Origin: Lama guanicoe
Taxonomy: Eukaryota
Assembly (NCBI GenBank): GCA_013239625.1
Contig: MU054187.1
Span: forward strand, 12,441,325 to 12,505,324
Reading direction: 5' to 3'
Length of the DNA stretch: 64,000 bases
In this document: one piece after another, positions 55,867 through 64,000 of the stretch
Position numbering within the stretch: the stretch's first letter is position 1
Layout of the letters: every line of letters begins with the position of its first letter
The notes under the pieces: generated by a model
The model's input: only the letters and a program-made list of their open reading frames with translations
Told to the model about the DNA's origin: nothing
Database searches by the model: none
Translations under genes and position numbers: made by a program

Positions 55867-57223
55867 CTAATAAATAAACTCTACAGAAACGTCATGGTAA
55901 TTTGTTTTTGGACATCCTAAGTCTTAGAAGTGATGAAAACTGAGGAGACTATCTAGAAGTCAGATTATCTAAAGCTTCAGAAATTACTTACAAAGACTGG
56001 ACACATGTTAGTTACAGTGTCAAAGACCAAAAAACAGGGGACGGGGGGGCCACGCTCAGATTCTTGGGAAGACTGTAAAATTGATATTACCTCAGGGGTA
56101 GAGATTAGGTTATACAAGTTATACTTAACCCATTTGCCTGTCTTTTCAAAGAACCGTGGAAACTTCCTACTACTAGCTCTACATTCAAACTGGACACCAC
56201 ATTTACGATTCTGATGGAAAAGCTGACTTAACTTCTACTTGACTTCATTTTGAACTCTAAGCAGTAGAGATAGAAGCAACTGCTACTTAAAATTGTTTTT
56301 AATCTTTAAAATTGCTAACATTTTTCAGAATATATCTTAATCAAATGCTTGTGAATTAAGAGCTTTATTCTTCTCTGGCATACTCAAATTTCAAAACAAC
56401 TTTGTGGTTTTGAGTAATCTGATACCTGAGTTACTAAATCAAATATTTACAAAATGATATAACTGAACAAAACCCCAACTCAGTGTTGTATAATTATCTT
56501 ACATTCTAAATAGACACTTGGGGCAAGTCTACTGCCTGAATATGTTAATATTTTGTTACCTGAATACCTCATCCCTCACCCATGCTAGTTAATTTTATTA
56601 CTGTCTTCAACTACAATCAACTTCCCATAACAACTTGATTTTTATATAGTGTCATTTAGGAAAACTTTTTGAAATAAAACCTAAAAGTATAGTTTGGATG
56701 CTATTACCAGATAACTCCTAGAGCTCATTGATCAAAAAGACAGGCAGAATGGTCAAGCACAGCAAAAAAATGAAAATTAAATGGGCTTATTAGGAGTTGT
56801 TATTACAGGTCCAAAACATAACCTGTAGGTCAGAAAAACTGAACCTGAACACTGTGCCCTTAGAAACCTTGACTGAACAATGACACTTTAAACAAATATA
56901 AAATGTCTATTCTTAGGATTTTTCTTATGCAAAGATCACAGGGAAGAGAAGGCTAAAAAAGGTTCATTGATGGAATTTCAAGCCCACTTACAAAAATATA
57001 CAGTAAACATCAGACACATAAAAACTGATTTTCATACAATATATGGGGTGAAGTCAACCAAAAACATCAGATATTGCATTACAAAATTATCAAAATAATG
57101 TTCAGTCTCATCATGAATGAGATCTGTGAAAATAATGAAGAACCTAGTGTTCATGGAAATTTCCAGGTCTGTCCAACTGAACTTTTCTACTGAATTAGAA
57201 AATTCCAAAAGAAAACTACCCAC

Positions 57224-57287
57224 CTGTTGCAGGGAGGGTAACATTGTACTGAAGAGTAACAAAAATTATAGAAACTTTTGCTGTTAC
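57224..57287 (-). CDS. TRAM1: TRAM1 coding exon 2 (VTAKVSIIFVTLQYNVTLPAT)
   Basis: 64 nt; ctag acceptor, gtgggt donor; translation matches recalled TRAM1 residues ~42-62, including the NVT glycosylation sequon. Confidence 0.95.
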
Positions 57288-57779
57288 CTAGAAAGAAAAA
57301 AAGAAGATCAAGTTCATTTGTGACCTTCTCCCAAACAGCAAATCGGGGGAGGGGGGCATTACAAGTTCTGTCCAAACGTCTAAGTCCCTGTGGCACCACA
57401 ACAGACTTGACCGGACTTCTTGATCATCAAGGAGGTGAGCGTGCAAGTTAACATAATCCACCAGAGCATTCTACAGTTTGGATGAGACTGTAATTCACTC
57501 CTATCTTTAAGATTTCAAGAGATACTGTAGCTCCAGTAAACAGTGTTTTGATAAATAATGTTTCTCTACTCTAGATCTGTATATAGAACACAAAATTCTA
57601 TTCAAGAAAAAATTTAAATGTAAATTAATGAAAGAAAAGGAAGCACAATTATCATGACAAAAATGGATCAAAGGCAGGATCTGTGGAGTGTTTGTGTTAA
57701 TTTCCCACACACCTGGCATAGTTACATGGTCAATAAATATTTAAATGATCTGATTACTGGTAAAAGTAAAATGGTCAGA

Positions 57780-59720
57780 ACAGAAAAATAGAACACTTAC
57801 TCGATATTTACAGGTACCAGGCACTGTGCCACATAAGACAGGATAACAAAAATGAGTGACATAATCCCGATGACTAGAAACTTAAGTGTGGTCTGGACGA
57901 CGGTAAACAAGCTGTTACGGACTGCAGAGTCAGTGCCAGTGAGAACGCAGGATAAACACCGCATTTTGTTGTTGTCTTTCCTGGGCTGAGGAATAAGGCA
58001 GGCTCTGGAAGGGCTTCTCAGGGCATGTGATGCAGGAACTGTCTTTTGTTGGAAAATACAAGTCCCCAAGGCTCATAAAGGGGGCTGGGGAGGCAGAGGC
58101 AGGAGAAACAGGAGGGCAAAGGTGGAGGAGAAGGAAACAGGGGGTCTGGCATGAGCACGCAGCAGGAGGGGGTAGAAAGACCTGGCAAAGTTACCAAGCG
58201 CTAGACAGGGCCTAGCTTGCTGAGTTAGGTGGTTTACATTCTACTCTAGCGCGACCAGTGTGAGGAGCTCTCTGGGAAGATGGCTGACGGCTGTAAGTCC
58301 CCTTGGATCTGGACTCCACACTGCAACCAGAATCATCGCCATTCCCACGCCCACCCTGCCTCCACCCCTGCCCCGAAGGCCCCTCACTGGATTCCCATTC
58401 TTTCTAGGATAAGAACAAAATGTCAACATAGCCCACATCACATTCCACTGTCCCGCCCCTCCTCTCGGACTCCCTCCTCCCACCACAGCGCAGGGCAGCT
58501 CCGTCACAGCACCGTGTGGAAACCTCTCTGCTTCAGATCTCAGTTCAACCTCACCTTTTCAAGGAAGCCTTCCCTGCCTCTTAGGGTAGGTCATTTCCTT
58601 TGTTAGATTACCTTAGGGATCTGTGCTCCTTTCTTACAAAACACACACTCCTGGTGTGGTTACATTCATAACTGCTGTCTCACCCACTAGGAAGTAGGTT
58701 CCATAGGAGCTGGGGCCACGCCTGTCTCTGCTCACCTCTACATGCTGAGAGCCCAGCATGGCACATGGCACATATCAGGCAACTGATCAGTATCACTGAA
58801 TAAACATTAGATAAAATATAACTTGGAGTAAGGATGCAAGTCAAGTCTAAGGGCTCTGTGAGAGACCACATGAAAGACAAGAGGCCTGAACTAATAAGCA
58901 GTGGCAGCTGGACAGATGGGGAACTTGAGGCAGAATAAGGCTTAGTAAGCAAGAGGGAAGAATCAAAGATTATGTACTGATGCTTCAACAAGTAGATGAA
59001 AAGCAATACTATTAGTAAAGGTGTGGAATACAGGAGGAACGGCAGGTTTAGGGGAAGGAGAAGAATGAGTTTTAGATAAACGCAGATTTCTGTGAGAGAT
59101 ACAGATGGAAAGACCAACAGGCAGGTAAGGCCCACACCGGGAACTCTGCAGGGAGACCAGAGCTTAAGATTTGGAAGTCTATTTACAAGAGCACAGAGTT
59201 GATGCTGTAGAAGTATATAAATCATCCACAGAGCGCATACAGGATCCGATGAGTAGGAAAACATCAGAACCGTGGAGAGAGCAGAGAAAAAAGGTAGTGG
59301 CCAAAGAAGAAATAATCAAAGAGAGACAGATTTAGAGTACAGCACGATGCCCCCAGAGCCAAAGAGGAAACATTTCAAAAAAGCGTGGTTAATAAAGTCA
59401 AAGTTTCAAAAGCGACGTCGGGAAAAGGCTGCCGCAGACCGGACAATTTAAGAAGTCATCAGTGGTCACAGCTCGAGTGATGTCAATGAAGGAGTCAAAG
59501 TTTCAAAAGCGACGTCGGGAAAAGGCTGCCGCAGACCGGACAATTTAAGAAGTCATCAGTGGTCACAGCTCAAGTGATGTCAATGAAGGAGTGAGAGCAA
59601 AAGCCACATCACAGTGGACTGTGGAACACAAGAGGAACAAATGGTTCCCAGAGACAGGTGCCAGGTCCAGATTTATGTTGTTTTATGATGGGAGAGACTG
59701 AGCTTGTGTGGGGGCAATCA
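57780..59720. mobile_element. Multiple L2 remnants in TRAM1 intron 1
   Basis: ccaggcactgtgc tail and caaggaagccttccctg...gcccagcatggcac motifs in both orientations. Confidence 0.55.
59396..59589. repeat. 97-bp tandem duplication, two copies
   Basis: 59396-59492 and 59493-59589 are identical except G/A at 59475/59572. Confidence 0.97.
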
Positions 59721-62700
59721 GGAAACGAGCCGGGGCCAGGGAGGATTGAAACATATAAGGGTATAAAGGGATGGAAAGATCTGCAAGGGAATGAAATATA
59801 AGGCTAGAGCTAAAAGTTAATCTTGAGCAGTTTTCATCTTAGACCAGGCAGAAGGCAAAAATGATCAGACAGATAAGTTCAAAAGGCAAGGAACTGAAGA
59901 CATTCACATCTGATGAACTATTATTTTCCCTGTGGGAAATAAAAAAATGGAGTACCACTGTTAAGCATAGTTGGGGACTTGAATGATGAATATGTCTCTA
60001 GTTAGGGAAAGGAGCTGGCCAGGGAAAAGTAAAAACATCCCTGGGTGTTACTGTTGTCTGAGGTTAGGGACCTTTGCTGTGTAATATTATCCATCAGCGT
60101 GAATGCATGACTTTCTCTGACAACACTTAACAATCCACAAATGGGGAGGCACAGAAAAGGCAGATGGCAGGCTGGATCCATGGTTGGATATCTGCAGGCC
60201 AAACAGGGAGAAAGACCAAGAAGGGAGGGGAGCCGAGGGCCTGGGGAGTCTGGACTAGTAGTTAAAGTCTGCAGGACGAAAAGCAAAGCAACGAGGGGGC
60301 TAATATACTGGAGAAAAGGAGAGGGGACCAGGCACCGTAAAAGCCCGGACCGGGTGGAGCTGGAAGACGAGCAGCAGCAGCAGGAGGGAGAGGAACAACA
60401 TGCAGGTTGTAGCTGAGCTCTGCCCTACTGGAATTCAGGATCTGGAAGCACAGCAGGCCTGTGAGATAAAGTCCAGGGCACGGCCACTACAGTCACTTTG
60501 CCGGGGTAGATACAGAAAGGTCACTTGACTGAAAAAGGCCAGTAAGGCTTTTCTGTATCACATTTTGGGTCATTCACATGTATGCATTAGAGGAGAATGA
60601 TGACATGAGTTTCTAGGGTAACACTGCTTTCATGTGACTATTTTTAATAAAGTTGACTGATTACTAAATTTCATTTTTTAATATCTTTGTTTAGACTTCA
60701 TACATAAACATACACACACTTCACATCCCTGTTTCTAGTTTAGAACATTAACTCACCACTACCATAGCTAAAAAACCTTTTTAAGTTTCCTTTACAATTA
60801 ACAAGTGTAATTCTTCAAAGATAAATTTAATATCAAATTCCCAAAGCAACAAAAATTAGATTATCCTTTTATGCTAGGCTTCCAAATAAAATTAAAATCT
60901 GGCTTTCAGCTAGTTTAGCATGTGACATTAAGTAGAATAAAAGGAAAAATAAACTACATACCCTCAAAAGTTAATAGAAAAATTAAGCCAGTAATCATGC
61001 TCTTAGTAATTTCTAGGCCTCCTAAGCTTCATACCCTAGCCAGCATTGTTTTAGCTAAACTAATATTACAGTTAAACAATAGTAAGACAAATTAGCTTGG
61101 AATAATACATGCTACAGAAATATATAATGCCCTCAAAAGTAAACATAACTGAACTTTTGACCGTTTTGGACATTTAAAGCACTGCTTTCCACTTATTAAG
61201 AAAGAATGAGACTTATTCAGATACACATTAAATAGGTTATCACAAACTTTAATGAATTATCTAATTCTGCATTCCTGACATACAATATCAGGAATATTAA
61301 AATATTTCTTGTGTGGTTACCTGTTGGGGCTTGGTATCTTTTCTTGTCATACAGAGATGTTAACTGTTTTGCACTTGTTAGCAGAAGGTGTGACTACTAC
61401 ACTGATCGGGTGCCCAAAAGACAAAGGCAATTTCTAAATAGCAAATCCCACTTCCCCATCAACTTCTATAAAATTAAGTTCTCAAAACAAAAAAGAAAAG
61501 AAAAGAAAATGTGTTGGCATTAAGACAAGTCAGGCTTAAAAATAGAATAAGCCTTCAAGATTGTTCTGTGATAGTTTAACTGTAAAGGTCCCCCAAATCT
61601 CGCATGGCACAAACAATCCGGACTTATGAGTATCTGGAAAGTAACTCCGTTTCAGAAGAAAATACACCTCGTGGAAACCCCTAACTCCTCTTCTGTATCC
61701 TCATTTTCAGAATGTTTCTCAAGTATCCTTCTATCTTTTGTCTGTTAAAGTTTCCTAACCGGAATATGAAGCCATTAATTACAGACCCTGCTCTGCATTA
61801 TGTGGACAGATACTGACTCTATTAAAAACATGATTTCAACTTTCACAGCAATTTTGGTAACATGAAGTCCCCTGGAAATTAAACTCTTACATTTCCTCAA
61901 AACAAACTATTGCTTTATCCACCTGATCAGTATATGTAATCTCTTTAGTGTCCAACTGTTGGACCCTTCTCTCACATAAAAATGCTGTCTTCTATTTTCC
62001 AACTTTGATAAATACCTAAGGAATAATGAGCCACCATTTATGGCACGCCTCCTTGTAAGCCACACTCTGAACTAGGCCTTATACATATTAGTTTAATTCT
62101 CAGAGTAATTTGATGAGCCCCATTTTACAGAAAAGGAAACAAGTTCTGGGAAGTCAAATGACATGCCCAAGGTCACGCAGTCAGCAAGCAGCAGAGCCGT
62201 AACTCCCTTTAGCTTCAGCGTCTGTACTGACTCATTTTGGCTAGTAGTGCGGTATCTATTACTGCTTTGTCAATTCCACCATAGACGCTCTGACATTTCC
62301 TCAATATACTTACACAAAAGGCCTAGCAGTTCTGCTGCAAAAACATCAGCTTCTCTATTATTCTAGCACAGACACTGGCATTCTATAATTACGTTAATAT
62401 TGATATTCAGCAGCAATTAGCTTAAAGGTCAAGCAGCAAAACTAAGCTAATGAAATTTTTCCCACCTTTTGAAAACACACTTTCAAATCCTAAAACTTCG
62501 ATGTACGGTGAGAAAAATGCAGTACAGCTGCACAAACTTCCTTCTGTGTACTACTTTAACATTCTTTTTTGAACTGACTTTAAAAACTTCTGTTTAGATC
62601 TTGGTTGTGTCTATTTCAATTTATAAATTTTATAGATGTACATAAAGGTACACAGATGTACACAAACATCCACACCTTGCTAACAAATCATTGACATGTG

Positions 62701-64000
62701 GGGCAAGGTACAGGGAGGTGGTGAACTTCCCTAGAAATGTGGTAAGAGAACATGAAATAGTTTACATAGAAGCACAGTTATCACATTTCTAAGTGTCAGC
62801 ATTTCTGATTTATATTCCATTTCATTCAAAGCACTACAAAATACCTTGCAGGGAATATTACTCCTAAATTATATCTTTAAAGGTAGGAATTCCTACCATG
62901 TGGAGACAGGTTATGACAAGTTTTACAAAATTGTGCAAAATGTTGCATATACAGAAGTATTACTTATATCAAAGCAGAAAGTATAGCTAAATGTAAAATT
63001 TGGAAAGTGAGTACAAACGTTAGGCAATGCACTTTTAGTATCATATACATTCATATAGTACTTTATAAACCATGAGATGCCATCACACCATATTATCTGA
63101 TTTTGGCAACAATGGCTGTGAGAACAGCACAGGTGGTGGTATTTCCTTACACAGCGCAGAAAAACTGGGGTTTGGCCTTGGGTGGTTCAGTAGGTAAGAA
63201 GCACAGGCCCAGCCTAAAGCGAAGTATGTGACATGTTAGTTCCCTTCTACCTTCCCTTTCAGGATGCCTACTACCTCCTTAGCAGTGTACTAAGAGAACA
63301 CTATTAAGAATTAAAAACATCTACATCTAGATTCAGAAAAGCCCGTTTGAAGAGAAGCAAAAATATGTTAAAAAATTAGATTACTTAATAACACTTAAAA
63401 AACCCACATAGACTCTATTTAAAAAAATTATTTATTCTTTTGGCCACTGGCAGCCTCATTCCACCAGATTTTCTCAAGAATTCTTAACGTCACTCATTAA
63501 ACAAATATTTTGCAAGCATCTCCTATATGCCAGGCACTAGTCTAGGCGCTGGAAATAGATTAAGAAAACCCAAAACTTTCTGCCCTCACTGACATTGCAT
63601 CCCAGGAGTAGGGCAGACAATAGTCAAGTAGGATAATTAGTATATTTGATGGGGTACAGGAGCTACAGAGAAAAATTTAAAACGGAAAGATTAGGAATGG
63701 GCGTGTGTATTGGGGAGCGAGGGAAAGAAAGCCGTGGGATGTTACACGTTCACCTTGCAAAGTTTATTACCCACATTCAACAGCTGTTAACCAAGTCATC
63801 ACAATACTCGTTCTGTGGGAGGAGAATTTACACACTCCTGACATTTCCATCCTCTCCTACTTCAAGAAACAAAAAGGAAATTATTCGACTTCACGGCACT
63901 GCTGTTCAGAACCTGGATTTATGTATCAGATTTTGTTTCTTTAAAGAAAAAGCAAGCGTAAGAGCAAAAAGTTCGGCCACTGGTAACAATACCAGTTTGG

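Noticed and set aside
58680..59264. 194-aa hydrophobic ORF as a membrane protein
   Set aside because: Lies in pyrimidine-rich, degraded L2-like sequence; no recognisable domain
59396..59589. CRISPR-like array
   Set aside because: Two adjacent copies with no spacer, in mammalian intronic DNA
63979..63996. Hairpin actggta-acaa-taccagt
   Set aside because: A 7-bp stem is expected by chance in 64 kb
60000..64000. TRAM1 exon 1 or promoter
   Set aside because: No MAIRKK-type coding sequence or CpG island found; it must lie beyond the window end

Overview
Mammalian genomic DNA, most likely camelid (inferred from tRNA-derived Vic-1-like SINEs). The right ~26 kb holds coding exons 2-11 and the 3'UTR of TRAM1 on the minus strand. 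All ten exons have GT-AG boundaries and join in frame to 1002 nt (333 aa + stop); exon 1 and the promoter lie beyond position 64000. The left ~38 kb is intergenic and repeat-rich (L1, L2, L3/CR1, MIR, MaLR/ERV LTRs, Tigger and hAT MITEs). I found no convincing new protein-coding system. The most notable signals are retrotransposed small-RNA products: a U6 snRNA/L1 chimera with target-site duplication (TSD), a tailless 5' half of tRNA-Cys(GCA) with TSD, and a SINE+L1-tail composite inside one TSD. There is also a recent 97-bp tandem duplication. Repeat family names come from recalled consensus sequences, and repeat boundaries are approximate.
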